Of a stretch of DNA of 64,000 bases, positions 21,065 through 34,939 are shown piece by piece. Numbering within the stretch: the stretch's first letter is position 1; the number at the start of each line of letters is the position of its first letter. The stretch comes from Mustelus asterias (lineage: Eukaryota), in NCBI RefSeq assembly GCF_964213995.1, contig NC_135830.1, positions 13,144,001-13,208,000 on the forward strand. Reading direction: 5' to 3'. The notes below the pieces were generated by a model. It saw only the letters and a program-made list of their open reading frames with translations, was not told the origin of the DNA and made no database searches. A program made the position numbers and the translations under genes.

Positions 21065-21547
21065 CTAAGTGATACAAGTAGCATTGCTGCCTCACAGTGA
21101 CAGGGAAGTGGGTTCGATTCCAACCTTGGCTGACTGTGTGTGGTCTTTCACATTTTACCATGTCCATGTGAGTTTCCTCCAGGTGCTCCGGTTTCCTTCC
21201 AAGGATGTACGGGTTAGGTGGATTGGTCCGATAAATTGCTCCTTTGAGTCCAAGGGTGAGCAACGTAGAATCACATAATCCCGACAGTGCAGAAGGAGAC
21301 CATTCGGTCCATCAAGTCTGCACCAGCTGTCCAGCAGGGATCATTCCCAGGCCCAAGGTGGATTGGGGGTTCTAAATTGGCCCTTCGTGTCCAACGATTT
21401 GTAGGTTAGAGTCATTAGCCTCTGAATATGTGAGGTTGTCGGGATAGGGTGAAGGCAGGGCCTGGATAGGATGCGCTGCTGGAGAGCAGCTACAGACTTG
21501 ATGGGCCGAATGGCCTCCTACTGCGCTGCACTGGATTCTATGATTCT
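21065..21547. mobile_element. cluster of HE1-like SINE fragments
   Basis: head and body 21065-21260 (+), inverted tail 21265-21350, tail 21355-21547 (+). Confidence 0.75.
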
Positions 21548-22292
21548 GTCCTGCTATGATCAGGCAGAGGAATGAATATATTCGCATTAATCTCTCAGCA
21601 CTTCCAACGTATTGCAACTTTCATTTTGGTAGAGCTGACATTTATAGAACGCTTTACCCGACTTCATGTAGTCCCAAAGTTCTTAAAACTCACCAATGTA
21701 CCTTTGCTGAATTTAGTCACCGCTACCATGTTGCTAATACAACAGGTAATGTACGTACAACAAACTCCCACAAACCGAGATGTGATAAATTGCCAGTAAA
21801 TTTGTGACTTTGTTTGAAGAATCAATATTAAGGTAGGATATTGAAGAGAACAGCCTTGCTCTTTAGAATTATATCAATGAGGTTTTGCATCCTGGCATTG
21901 AATTTCAATGTGAATCTGGTTCTCTCTCTGCTGATGCACACTGACCTGCTGAGTAGCATTTGTTTTGCTTTAGTTTTAGATTTCCAGAATCGGCAGCACT
22001 TTACACTGTTGTTATTGATCCTCTGGATGTGATCATCACTGACAAAGCCAACATTTAGTTGTCCCTGCTGAGAAGGCGGTTGTGAACCACCTGGTTGAAA
22101 CCTGCCCTCTGGATGATTTTATTATTTGTTTCTCCATAGCAGCTTTGATACAACTGACTGGCCTGCCTGGCAATTTCATTAGTGGTTAGAAGTCATTTTC
22201 ATCATAGTAGCATTGGAGTCTATGTAGGACAGATAGGGTGAAGATAGAAATCTTCGGTTTCCACTTATTTCCAAAGAGAAGATGTCGTTTAA

Positions 22293-22505
22293 AGTATAAA
22301 ATCAAATTACTGCGGATTCTGGAACTGAAACCAAAAGAGAAAATGCTGGAAAATCTCAGCAGGTCTGGCAATATTTGTGAGGAGAGAAAATAGCTGACAT
22401 TTCGAATGTTTTGACAAAGGGTCATCTGCAATCGAAAAGTCAGCTCTTCTCTCTCCTTAAAGATGCTGCCAGACTTGCTGAGATTTTACAGCATTTTCTC
22501 TTTCC
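22293..22505. mobile_element. hairpin Penelope-like element at the VH pseudogene breakpoint
   Basis: AGAGAAAATGCTGGAAAATCTCAGCAGGTCTGGCA ... TGCCAGACTTGCTGAGATTTTACAGCATTTTCTCT inverted repeat. Confidence 0.8.
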
Positions 22506-22750
22506 GTTGTTTGATGTGTCTTTGGGTGGAGTAAATTGATTCTCAATCCCTGGGGTGGAGGAATTGTAGGTTGACCCAAGACTATCGTACTGAAGAAGAC
22601 ACTGTAACCACTGTTCGTGGACCTGTCGGACCCAGACCATCCAGTTACTGCCAATATTGAACGCGTTGGCATTGCAGGTCAGTCTCAAAGAGTTTCAGGG
22701 GCACCCACTTTCTGCCTCTCGCTGACTCAACACAACCTCCGATTCGACAC
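22506..22750 (-). pseudogene. IGHV: truncated IgM-type VH pseudogene
   Basis: VESEVVLSQREAESGCP*NSLRLTCNANAFNIGSNWMVWVRQVHEQWLQCLLQYDSLGSTYNSSTPGIENQFTPPKDTSNN; acceptor mutated to CAA, TGA at 22695-22697, ends in FR3 with no YYC or RSS; intron remnant 23094-23182; no leader exon found. Confidence 0.92.
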
Positions 22751-22774
22751 TTGTAAAAATATCTAAAATCCTAT

Positions 22775-23090
22775 GAAAATAAAACGCCACGCACTCCGGA
22801 CATACTCTCTCACCTTAGTCCATCGGGAACAAGATACAAAAGTCTGAGGACACGTATAAATCAACTCAAAAACAATTTATTTCCTGCTGCAATCAGACGT
22901 TTGAATGGACCTACGTCGTATTAAGTTCATCTTTCTCTACACCCCAGCTATGACTGCAAAATTACATTATTCACTCTCTCCCTTCCTTCCCTATATACGT
23001 TATGCTCTGACTGTATAGTGCGCAAGAAACAATAATTTGCACTGTGTACTAATATATGCCACAATAATAAGTCAAATGAAATCAAATGAA
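22775..23090 (+). mobile_element. Rex1/Babar-type LINE 3' fragment inserted in the pseudogene's leader intron
   Basis: PSGTRYKSLRTRINQLKNNLFPAAIRRLN-like C-terminus; (CAAAT/GAAAT)n tail. Confidence 0.65.
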
Positions 23091-23500
23091 ATATATCAAA
23101 AACACCAAGGGTTATTCCCGGTGAATTGATTGCTGACAATGGAACATTCCAGAGACAGACTAACCCGAGGGAGTAACAGTGAAATCCATTGTCATGTCTC
23201 TGCTCGTCCAAGAGGTGAAATTGCATTTGAGCATCTGTTAGAGAAAATAAACAATTTCATTGTAAATTAAGTGCCTTTATTTCTGCACCCCTTCACAAGG
23301 GAATGGACATAAACAGATGACATTACCTTATCAGGGTAAAGATGTCAGTCTGATTTGCAATAATTCTGTGTCTCTAACACATTACAGCGAAATATGATTC
23401 ATTAGAAGAATTATTATCGATGTATGTAACTACATGCTGGGATGATTGTGTTTCAGGTGTGGATAGCTATCATTGTAATTTGGGACTGGATATAAGAAGA

Positions 23501-24133
23501 AGGGAAGCAGTGGCCCAGCGTTATTATCGCTAGACAATTAATCCACAAACTCAACTAATGTTCTCAGGACCCGGCTTCGAATCCCGGAACGGCAGTTGGT
23601 GGAATTTAAATTCAGTAAAAACGTTTGGAATTAAGAATCTACTTATGACCATGATATCACTGTCGATTGTGTAAAAACCTATCTTGTTCATTAATGTCCT
23701 TTCGAGCAGAAAATATGCCGTCCTTACCTCATCTAACCTACATGTGATTACAGAGCCACAGCAATGTGTTCAGCTCTCAACTGCCCTCGACAATGGGTGG
23801 GCAATAAATGCTGATCAGCCAGCGGCACCCATGTCCAAAGAATCCCTGCAGTGCAGAATGAGCATGTCGGGCCCGCACCAACAACGCTCCCACCCAGGTC
23901 CTATTCCCATCCCTGCTAATTCATATATTCCTTGCTAATTCACTTGATTCTATGGGACAATTCATCATCGCCAATCAACCTAATCGGCATATCTTTGGAC
24001 CATGGGAGTAAACAGGCAGACAATTGGAGAACGTGCAGACTACACACAGATAGTGACCCATTCCGGGAATTGAACCACGGTCCCTGATGCTGTGAAGCAA
24101 CAGTGGTAACCAGTATGCCACCGTGCCGCCCAT
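23501..24133. mobile_element. two adjacent SINEs (second family on +, 23501-23840; HE1-like on -, 23840-24133)
   Basis: B-box-like GCTTCGAATCC at ~23574; HE1 head GGGCGGCACGGTGGC reversed at ~24116-24130. Confidence 0.75.
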
Positions 24134-25945
24134 GAATAAATTAACGAAAGAAACTCCTTATCTGATACAATGTTACACCTTATATTTCCCCAACAGCTCC
24201 TTAACCCTGTGAAAATTAACGGTGAAAGAAAACTTCTTGACTTACAATTAAGCATTGAGTTGACAGAGAAACATAAAATTGACATTGACTTTTGACAAAG
24301 AAGCTAATGAATTAGAACGGACACAACAATCAGGAAAGTTCTCCTTCAGCATCCAAATCATGACAGATCATTGTATTGGCGAGCAGCTGGTATTGGGAAC
24401 ACAGGATATCAGGACTTTGCGGCATAATGCACAATATTACAAGAATAAATATTTTATCTTTCACTGAACCAGGTTATGAACTGGTCATTTCTTCACTCAT
24501 TGGCAGTTATGAGAGGGACTGTTAAAAATTGAAATCAGATTATGCTGGACAACAGAACATGTTATACATCAGATATAATTTTTTAATGAGGTGCAGAACA
24601 TTGAGAATATTCCAGAAATCCCTGCTGTTCAAGGCCGATATATGATTTTGTTTTACTTTTAATTATTTTCATTTTTGTGCCTTTTCACTGATCTCATGGG
24701 ACTGAAGGATTGGGGACATCAGCATAAGTTGTTCATAAAGAGGCTTTAATTGTTGGAAGGACATTTCTTTGGAAGCGATACAAATGAAATAGCATCAAGT
24801 CAATTGACTAGTTTCCGATACCTTTTAATCACATAATGAAAAGTGCATTCATTTAAAATATTTGCTTCGAAGAAAAACCATTTAAAATGTGCCTTCCTTT
24901 TGGGAATAAAACATTTATTGTATAACTGACGAAGTCCCATGTTATCCTTACAGATTCACGTTAATCTGTCCTACGCAGTATTTGGCAACAGTCCAGCCTG
25001 CTGCCAAATACCGAAAAATATTTACAGGAAGCATCTGAGGGTGTTTGTTCGGTAAATCAAAAATCTGTTTCCTCAGTACTGAACACTTGGCTGCAAGCCA
25101 ACTTCAAACTCTCAGCATTGTCAATGGGGCCTATTTATAAACAAATCTACCCAGCAACAGTACTGGAGGCAATTTAATTATTTTTAAGTTGCAAACATCT
25201 ATGAATGTTTCCCATTTCTTCGGAAAAGAAAGTATTCAGCTTCTCTGGCACCTTGTTAGCAACAATGATGATCTCTCCAACACAACAAAACATTGATGGA
25301 TGGATATAAAAACAAATACCGGCAGATTATGAGATTGATTCAGAGAGGTGATATATTTTACACGAGATAAACATGTATGCTTGTGTTTTCTTTCACTTTA
25401 TTCTTCCATGGGACGTGAGAATCTCTGGAAAGGCCAACATTTATTCCCTTTGCCTAATTTCTCTTGAACTGAGTGGTATACTAGGGCATCTCAGAAGGCA
25501 TTGCCCAGTTAGTTATATTGCTGTCCGTCTGCAGTCACATCCTGATGAGACCAGGTAGGGATGGCAGATTTCCTTCATTGGGGAATCAGAGAGGTTTATC
25601 TGGTCGCGGTCAGTATGTATTCCAGATTTATTGATTGAATTCAAATTCCACCAGCTGCCAGGGTCGGATTTAATCTCGTGTCTCCACATCATTGGCCTGG
25701 GCTTCTGGATTACTGGTACACTGGCATTAATATTACGCCACCATCTAACCAAAAATAAAGGAATGCTTGCGTTGATGCAGGGATGAACGATAGTTGGATG
25801 CCTGAATGTTTTGCTTGAGAAATCAGAGAGTGGACGGATGGATGGGACGACAGCTGGTCCTAAAATTTGCTGTTCTCCATTCGCATATTTGTGATTTACT
25901 ACTTCAAAAATCGAAGCAGGTCCTTTCTTCCAAGTGTGTCAGGAT

Positions 25946-27992
25946 ATAAGACCATAAGTCCATAAGACGTAAGACGTAGGAGCAGCATTAGGCCACTCTG
26001 TCCATCGAGTATGCTCCGCCATTCAATCATGGCTGATATTTTTCTCATCCCCAATCTCTTGCCTTTTCCCCATAACCACTGATCCTCTTATAAATCACAA
26101 ACCCATCTATCTGTGTCTTAAAAACACCCAATGACCTGGCCTCCACAGCCTTCTCCGGAAAGAGATCCACAGATTCACCACACTCTGGCTGAATAAATTC
26201 CTCCTCATCTCTATTTTAAAGGATCGTCCCTTTAGTCTGAGGTTGTGCCCTCTGGTTCTAGTTTTTCCTACCAGTGGAAACATGCTCTCCAAGCCCACTC
26301 TTTCCAGGCCTCGCAGTATCCTGAAAGTTTCAATCAGATCCCCCCATATCCTTCAAAACTCCAACGAGTACATATCCAGAGGACTCAACCGTTCCTCATA
26401 CAGCAAGCTCTTCATTCCAGGAAACATTCTTGTGAACCTCCACTGGACCCTTTCCAAGGCCAGCACATCCTTCCTTAGATATGAGGCTCAAAACTGCTCA
26501 CAATACTCCAACTGGGTCTGACCACAGCCTTATACAGCCTCAGAATTACAACCCTGCCCTTGTATTCTAGCCCTCTCGACATGAATTCTAACATTGCATT
26601 TGCCTTCCTGAAACTGCACTTTAACCTTAAGGGAATCTTGAACAATGACTCCCAAGTTCCTTCGTGTTTTCGATTTCCTCAGCATTTTCCCATTTAGAAA
26701 ATAATCTATGCCTCCATTCCTCCTTCCAAGTGCATAACCTCACACTTTTCCAAATTGTTTTTCAGCTGCCACACCCTGCCGACTCTGCTAACCTGTCCAA
26801 GCCCTTCTGCAGCCCCCCCCCCCCCTCCCCCGCTTCCTCAATACTACCTGTCCCTCTACATATCTTTGTATCATCTGCAAACGTCGTAACAGTGCCTTCA
26901 GTTCTTTCCTCCAAATCGTTAATGTATACTGTGAAAAGTTGTGGTCCCAGCACTGACCCCTGAGGCACACCACTAGTCACGGGCTGCCATCCTGAGAATG
27001 ACCCCTTTATCCCCACTCTCTGCCTTCTGCCAGTCAACCAATCCTCTATCCATGCCAGGATCGTCCCCTTACCACTATGTGCACTTAACTTATTTAACAG
27101 TCTCCTTTTCGGCACCTTGTCGAAGGCCTTCTGGAAATCTAAATAAATCATGTCCACTGGCTCTCATTTATCTAACTTCCTTGTTACCTCCTCAAAGAAC
27201 TCTAACAGATTTGTCAGATATTACCTCCCCTTGACAAAACTGTGCTGACTCAGTCCTACTTTATGATGCACTTCCATGTACTCTGCGATCTCATCTTTAA
27301 TAATGGAATTTAAAGTCTTGCCAATGACGGAAGTCAGGCTAACCGGCCTATAATTCCTCGTCTGCTGCCTCCCTCCCTTCTTAAACAGTGGTGTTGCATT
27401 CGCTACTTTCCAGTCCTCTGGTACACTCCCTGCCTCCAGTGATTTCTGAAAGATCACCACCAATGCCGCCACAATTCCCTCAGCTATCTCTTCTCGAACC
27501 CTGCAGTGTAGTCCTTCCGGTCCAGGTGATTTATCCACCTTCAGTCCTTCCGGTCCAGGTGATTTATCCACCTTCAGACCTTTCAATTTCCCCAGAACCT
27601 TCTCCTTAGTGATGGCCACTACAGTCACCTGTGCCCCCGGACTCTCCTGGAGCTCTGGCATTCCACTGGTGTCTTGCACTCTGAAGACTGATGCAAAGTA
27701 ACTGTTCAGTTCCTCTGCCATTGCTTTATTTCCTATTATTACTTCTCCAGTCTAATTTTCCAGTGGTCTAATGGCAATCTTTGCGTCTTTCTTATTTTTT
27801 TTTTATATTGAAAAAAACTCTCCCTGTCTTATTTTATATTACTGGCTGGCTTACACTCATATTTCATCTTCACCCCCCTTGTTGCTTTTTTAGTTGTCCT
27901 CTGCTCGCTTTTAAATGCGTCCCAATCCTCTGGCTTCCCACTAATCTTTGCCGCTTTGTATGCTTTAACTTTTGCTTTAGTGCTGTGCTTGA
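25946..27992 (-). mobile_element. CR1 LINE (family C), 5'-truncated and decayed
   Basis: KSPGPEG (33-bp internal duplication), [36 protein letters not shown]; (CTTATG)n-like tail. Confidence 0.92.
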
Positions 27993-28112
27993 CCTTTATG
28001 CTGTGCTGCAAACTTCAGTCCTTCCAGATTTTCTCGGTGAATTCAATCCCCAAGCTATCGGGAACAAATGAACTAAGAGCAGTCTGACTTTTTTTCCATC
28101 TGCTGATGGCGA

Positions 28113-28678
28113 ATAGAGTCATAGAATCTTAGAGGTTGAGAGCATGGACACAAGCATTTCGGCCCTACTTGTCCATACCGCCCTTTTTATTAACCACTAA
28201 GCTTGTCCTAATTTCCCGCGTTTGGCCCATATCCCTCTGTAACCATCCTACCCATGTACCTGTCGAAACCCTTTTTAAAAGACAAAATTGTACCCGCCTC
28301 TACCACTCCCTCTGGCAGCCTGTTCCAGACACTTGCCACAGTCTGTGTGAAACAATATCCCCTCTGAACCATTTTCTATCTCTCCACTCTCATCTTTTAG
28401 ACTTCTCTACCATTGGGAAAATATCTTGACTATCGAGCTGATCTGTGCACCTCATTATTTTATAGACATTTATAAGATCCCCCCAAGCCTCTTACGCTCC
28501 GGAGAAAAGGTCCCAGTCTATCCAGACTCTCCCTACAACTCAAACAATCAAGCCCTCGTAACATTCTAGTAAAACCTTTCTGCACTCTTTCTAGTTTAAT
28601 AATATCCGTTCTATAATAGGGTAACCAGAACTGTACACAGCATTCCAAGTGTAGCCTCACCGATGTCTTCAAAATCTT
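28113..28678 (-). mobile_element. CR1 3' fragment
   Basis: LECCVQFWLPYYRTDIIKLERVQKGFTRML. Confidence 0.85.
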
Positions 28679-28892
28679 CAAATCCAAGATGGAAAGAGGG
28701 ATTAGGTTGAGGGGGGAGTATTGTAATATTTGGAACATGTGGCCCTTTTGAGTGCAACAAATCACTCAACATATCATCACCTAAATTAGTGAAGGTAACA
28801 GGCTAAAAATAATAATGAGGCAATTGAAATATTGTGAAACTCACTGGACAGACTCAAATGGTAAATGACTTCCCAGTACTCTGTAAGTGTGC

Positions 28893-29215
28893 AAGGGCGG
28901 CATGGTGTCATAGTGGTTAGCCCTGCTGCCTCACAACGCCAGGGACCCGGGTTCAATTCCGTCCTCAGGTCACTGTCTTTGTGGAGTTTGCAGTTTCTCT
29001 CCGTGTCTGTGTGGATTTCCTCCGGGTACTCTAGTTTCCTCCTGCAGTCCGAACATGTGCAGGTCAGGTTGATTGGCCATGCTGAATTAACCCTCGTGTC
29101 AGGGGCATTAGTGGGGTTAATATGAGGGTTCACGTGAACAGGGCCTGGGTAGGATTGAGGTCGCTCCAGACTCGATGGGCCCAATGGTCTCATTCTGCAC
29201 TGTAGATTCTTTGTT
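28893..29215 (+). mobile_element. HE1-like SINE
   Basis: GGGCGGCATGGTGTCATAGTGGTTAG...GGTTCAATTCC head, conserved body. Confidence 0.85.
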
Positions 29216-29624
29216 CTCTGAATAATTAATCTGGATCTTAAGATTCTATAACGTCATATTAGATATTATAAATTATATGTAACATGAGATACAGGCACTT
29301 TCAGTTCTACAGTCACTTTAAAAATGGTTACACACTCCAGTTATATATCAGGGGTTTATGTGTGATGATGAGGTGATTACGTGTCAATAAAGCGCAGAGG
29401 CTGCTGGGTAGCTGCTCATTATCCTCGGTGTGATTTGATTCGACTTCCCGCTGAACAGATTTGATTCTTTGGTGACAGAAAGGCCAAAGTGACCTCAATA
29501 AATTTGAATCTCAATAAACTACAATAAATAAACTGCAACTATATTTGTACCAAATAAAATGCTGAAAATAATTTGTGAAATATTTATTTATTTATTTTTG
29601 TGATTTGGAGATTATTAGTAATAC

Positions 29625-30360
29625 GAGCGCCAGGCAATGACCAACTCCAAAAAGAGAGAATCTACCCATTGCTCCTTGTCATTCAATGATGTTACGATAC
29701 TGAATCACCCACTATGAACATCGTCGGGGTTACCATTGGCTAATCGCTGAATTAACTGGATGTTTAAATGCTCCGGCTGGAATATCAGGTCAGCTTGCTG
29801 TGAGTAACTCACCTCCTGACTCCCCAAACCTGTCCACCAGCTACAAACAACAACTCAGGAGTGTAATAGAGTTATCTCCACTTGCTAGAATGAGTGCAGC
29901 TCAAACAACATTCAAGAAGCTTTATAGCATTCAGGACAAAGCAGGCGGCTTGACTGGCATAGCATTTGCAAATGCTCACTCCCTCCACCACCGACAAACA
30001 ACAGCAGCATTATACACCATCTCCAAGTTTCACTTCAGGAACTCACCAAGACTCATTATGCAACACCTTCCAACCACAGGACTGTTACTATTTGGAAGAA
30101 CAGGGGTAGGAGTTACCTGGGAATATCACCTGTAAATTTCACTCCAAGTCAGTCATATAACTGACTTGGAAAAATATCGCCCTTCCTTCACTGTCGCTCG
30201 ATTGAAATCCTGGAACACCCTCTGTAACAGCACTGTGTGAGCACATACGCCCCAGGCTTCGCAGCAATTCACGAAGGTAGCTCCCCACCATCTTACTAAG
30301 GGCAATTAGGGATAGGCAACAAGTGTTGACCTAGCCAGCAACGATCACATCCCTTAAATT
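29625..30360 (+). mobile_element. L2/CR1-group LINE 3' region
   Basis: LSTSYKQQLRSVIELSPLARMSAAQTTFKKL...HSLHHR; tail AAGGGCAATTAGGGATAGGCAA. Confidence 0.75.
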
Positions 30361-31597
30361 AAAACGTAAATATATTAATGTTTATGAATGGTTGATAACT
30401 GGTGAACAAAATTATGCAACTTTGTGAATGGATGGCAATTGGTGAAAATAAATACCAACTTTATGAACATTTATAATCTTCTCTTTCTTAATGGAAGATA
30501 ACATGCGCGCCACAGGAGATGCATGATTCAAAAGCACAAACACTACCGGGGGAAAAATGGCGCCAGAGGACACTGCAACAACTATAGATATGTGTACATC
30601 ATTGCCAGTGACACATCTGAAAACATTCATCTGTTTGAAGATCCGGATGATCCTGAAGCACAATGTTGTGTTTATAATGGAAGATTGACTCTGGAAAATA
30701 TCTGCTTCATATGCCCTATGTACTTATCTTTACCTTCGTCAATCTCATCAAGACATTCAACACTGGTAGCAGAGCAGGGACTACCATGCTTGGGAAAAAG
30801 TCGCTCTCCATCAAACCTCCTCGGTCTCATTCATGACACAGAAAACGACAACATAAAACCACAATTGGTAGCTTCATGGGCAGCATTTGTAACAGAGCCA
30901 ACCTCTCAAAAATTGTCCTTCTCAGTCATCAACAAAGGTGACATTTGAAAAAGAAACCATTCTGAAATTGATGTGTTTACTCTGTGTCTATTTTTTATTT
31001 TAAATGGAAGGACGTCGGTTATCATTGTGAAATTGATTTGTAAACAATATGACGTTTTTCAGACAACGCACGCACACACACACACACACACACACAAACA
31101 TTTTCCTTCAATTTAAGACTCCAACTTTGCTTCCTGGGGGGTTTAGAAGACAATTACCACAACTATCTTTCAGATGAAATGAAGAACAAATAAATTTTCC
31201 TCAAGACCATGTTTGCTGAACTGAACATTAAAGGTCCCATTGTCTCCAACAGCGCCCTGGTCAGCATTCCTCCTTCTGACCAAAATGAACAAACATACAT
31301 TACCATGGATTGAGGCATTATGCTCTGATGCTGACCTGGCAACATAGGAACAGAGGAGCAGAATTTCCCCTCCAAGCCACTCACCATCCTGACTTGGAAA
31401 TATGTCGCCGTTCCTTCACAATCGCTGAGTCAAAATCCTTAAATTTCCTCCCTAACGGCATTGTGGATGTACCCACAGAACATGTACTGCAGCGATTCAA
31501 GAAGGCAACTCACCATAACCTTCTCAAGGGCAACTAGGTATGGGGAATAAATGTTGACCAGCCAGCGAAGCCCATGTCCCAAGAATGAATTAAAAAA

Positions 31598-32345
31598 GCA
31601 GACGCAGGTCATTCACCTTCTCGAACTCGCCCCCCATTCATAAGATCATCACTGATCTGTCGCCAAACTCTATGTACCTGCCCTTGGCCCATATCCCTTG
31701 ATATCCCTGTTCAATAAAAAAATCGATCTCAGACATAAATTTAATAATTGAACCAGCACCCACTGGCCTTTGCGGAAGAGAGTTCCTAAAGTCCACCACT
31801 CTCTGGGTGTAGAAATACTTTCTATCAACTCTCCTGAACGGCTTGGCCCTGTTTTTTTTCATTATGGCCCTTTATTCTAGAGCCTTCATATGGCCCTTTA
31901 TTCTAGAGCCTTCAACTGGTGGAAAAAAATTACCCGCCCTATCCTACCCTGTAAATATTTTGTAGACTTTTGTCAGAACACTCCTCAACCTTCTGAATTC
32001 GAGAGAAAAAGTCCCAATTTGTCTAATTTCTCCTCGCAACGTAACCCCTGAAGGCCAGATATAATTCTTGTGAACCTGCATTCAACTCCCTCCAAAGCCA
32101 AAATCTTTCCAAAGGTGTGGTGCCCAAACCTGTGCACAGTACTCCAGGTGGACTCTAACCAGGATTTTGCATAATTGCAGCATAACATCTGCATCGCTAT
32201 ACTCCAGTCCTTTAGATACAAAGGCCAAAATTCCGTTGACCTACTTGACTATTTTCTGCATCAGTTCTTGGCATTTTAAGAAGCTATTCACTTGAAGTCC
32301 CAAATCTCTCTGGGCATCCACTAAATTTAATTTTGTGCCTTCTAA
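31598..32345 (-). mobile_element. decayed CR1 3' fragment
   Basis: RFTRIISGLQGL...FYTQRVVDFRNSLPQ. Confidence 0.8.
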
Positions 32346-32924
32346 AAACTACCTTGATCTTTCATTTGGATTTTTTGACTTTTTGTGGCATTATCTAAGC
32401 CGTTATGAATATTGTAAATAATTGAGACCTCAAGACAGATTCCTGCGGGACACAACTTAACCTGCATTATTCAGCAATGGACATCTAATCTATAATTCGT
32501 TGCACCTTAAATTTGGGCACTTTCTGCAGAAGGGGATGTGGTCTTACATTTATGAATGTGAATTCTTTGTATATTACTATCATAAATCATACCTGACAGC
32601 GATATATTTACAGTAACTGTAATTACAGAATTTTGCCAGCAGATGGAATTGGCATCTTGATGGTTTACATTACATGAAGAAGGCACTGCCTCAATAGAGA
32701 CTACACTGGATCCTAACTTTGCAGTTCTGCCACATGCAGTCCTGGATGGTGATTGACATTTAAACAAATAACCGCAGCAGGAGCCTCAAACGAAAGGGAA
32801 AAGAAACAAGACTGAAACAGTTGCTACTATGTTCAGGCAGAAGATGTTCCACCTCTGCCTTCCCCTGATGCCCCGAACATCACAGATGCCAGTCTCCAAG
32901 GAGGTCAATTCATTCAACATGCTA

Positions 32925-33195
32925 CGAGAGGACACAGGTTTAAGGTGCTGGGGGGTAGGTACAGGGGAAATGTTCGGGGTAAGTTTTTCACACAGAGGGT
33001 GGTGGGCGATTGGAATCGGCTGCCGTCAGTGGTGGTGGAGGCAAACTCAATAGGGTCTTTTAAGAGACTCCTGGATGTGTACATGGGAGTCAATAGGATG
33101 GGGGGTTATAGGTAAGCCTAAAAGGTAGGGATATGTTCGGTACAACTTGTGGGGCCGAAGGCTCTGTTTTGTGCTGTAGTTTTCTATGTTTCTAT
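32925..33195 (+). mobile_element. CR1 family B 3' fragment
   Basis: matches 45305-45600. Confidence 0.85.
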
Positions 33196-34939
33196 AACAT
33201 TGAGGATAGGAACAGGAGTAGACCATTCAGCCCCTGGAGCCCGCTCCGCCATGCAATATGATCATGATTGATCTGTGGCCTAACCCTGTGCTGAAAGCAT
33301 TGGATACTGTAAAGATTATGGATCCTGACAATATTTCAGCAATAATAATAACGGTTTGTGCTCTGGAGCTAGCTGAGCCTTAGCCAATCTATTCAAGTAT
33401 AGCTACATCACGGTCACATACACAACAGTGTGAAAATTGGCAGACGTGACCTGTTTCTGAAGGCAGGACAAACCCAACCCGACCAACTACCGCCCAATGC
33501 GTCCTCACTCGATCAACGTAATGGTAAGTATGAAGGATCATCTAAAAACGTAATAATAATATAATAATATCAATACTGCTACAACTACAAATAATCGTAA
33601 TCTGCTGAATGATGCTCTGTTTGGGTCCCACTAGGAGCACTCAGTTCCAGAAATCACTGAAGCTTAGTCCAAATCTAGTGGAAATAGCTGAGATAATGAG
33701 GTGAGATGAGAGTACCGGCCCTCGACATCAACGCAGCACTTGACCGATTGTGACATCAAGAAGCCCGAGCAAAGCTGCAGTCAATGGGGATCCGGGGAAA
33801 AAAACATTCCACTGGCTTCAGTCATACCGAGCACAGAGTAAGCTGGTTGTGGCTGTTGAAAGCCAATCATCTCAGTCACAGAGCATTTGCTGAAGGAACT
33901 CCTCAGGATAGTGCCTTCGGCCTAATATTCACGCTTCAATACAAGCTCAGAAGTGGGATGTTCACAGATGATTGCACGATGTTCAGCACATTTACAACTT
34001 CTCAGATACTGAGGCAGTCCGTGTCCGTAAGCAGAGAGACTTAGAAAACATTCAGGCTTTGGCTGTGAATCGGCATGTGACATTCACGCCACCGAGGTGA
34101 CAGGCAATGACCCTTTCAAGTAAGAGAGATTGCAATCATCTCCGCTTGCCATTAATTGAATGACTACAGCTGAAACCCCACTATCATCATTCTGGGAATT
34201 GCCATTGACGGAAAATTGAACTGGGACAGCCATTTAAATAATATTGCTACACAAAAAGGTCAGAGGCTGGGAATTGTGCGTGGACTAACTCACCTCCTGA
34301 CTTCCCAAACCCTATCCATCATATAAAGGCAAAAGTCAGGATTGTGATTGAATATTCTCCACTTGCCTGGCGTGTGGTACTGAAGCAACACCCAAAATGC
34401 TCGAAACCACCCAGTAAAAAGCAGGCGGCTGGGTGAACACCCCACCAACCACTTTAAACATTCACTCTCTGCACCACAGATGTACAACTCTAGACGTGTG
34501 AAGCATATACAACTTGTATAGCAGCAACATAATCCTTTGGTAGCAACTTCCAAACACATTAACTCTGACACTTAAAATGACAAGGGCAGCAGATACATGA
34601 GAACACAATTATCTGCAAATGCTCATGAAACCTCCACACCGTCTTGACTGGGATCTATATCACTATTTTTTCAGTGTCAATGGAAGAAAATCTTGCAACT
34701 CCCTTCCCATCAGCACTGTAGGTGTACTTACTCATATGGAATGCAATGATTTAAGAAGAGGGCTCACTGGCACATTCTCAAAGGAAAAAATAGAAGTGGC
34801 TATAAATCCTACGTTACCAGTGACAGCAAAACCTCATTAAATGATTTTGAACAGGTCATATATCTGATTACGTTCAACTAGCCCCCACGTCTGTTTGTAT
34901 TGCAACAGGCCATGTCCGAGCCACATTACAGCATGTCCT

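Larger units (their letters stand above)
9636..22280. repeat. segmental duplication unit A (upstream flank of functional VH)
   Basis: colinear with 23440-40070, e.g. 9700-11545~24150-25945, 13480-14030~30540-31090, 17990-19660~36950-38570, 20200-21000~38620-39370, 21560-22280~39370-40070. Confidence 0.9.

Noticed and set aside
30523-30948. 141-aa ORF (and the 152-aa ORF at 13336-13794) as a novel duplicated gene
   Set aside because: Frame-shifted remnants of an RTE-clade reverse transcriptase.
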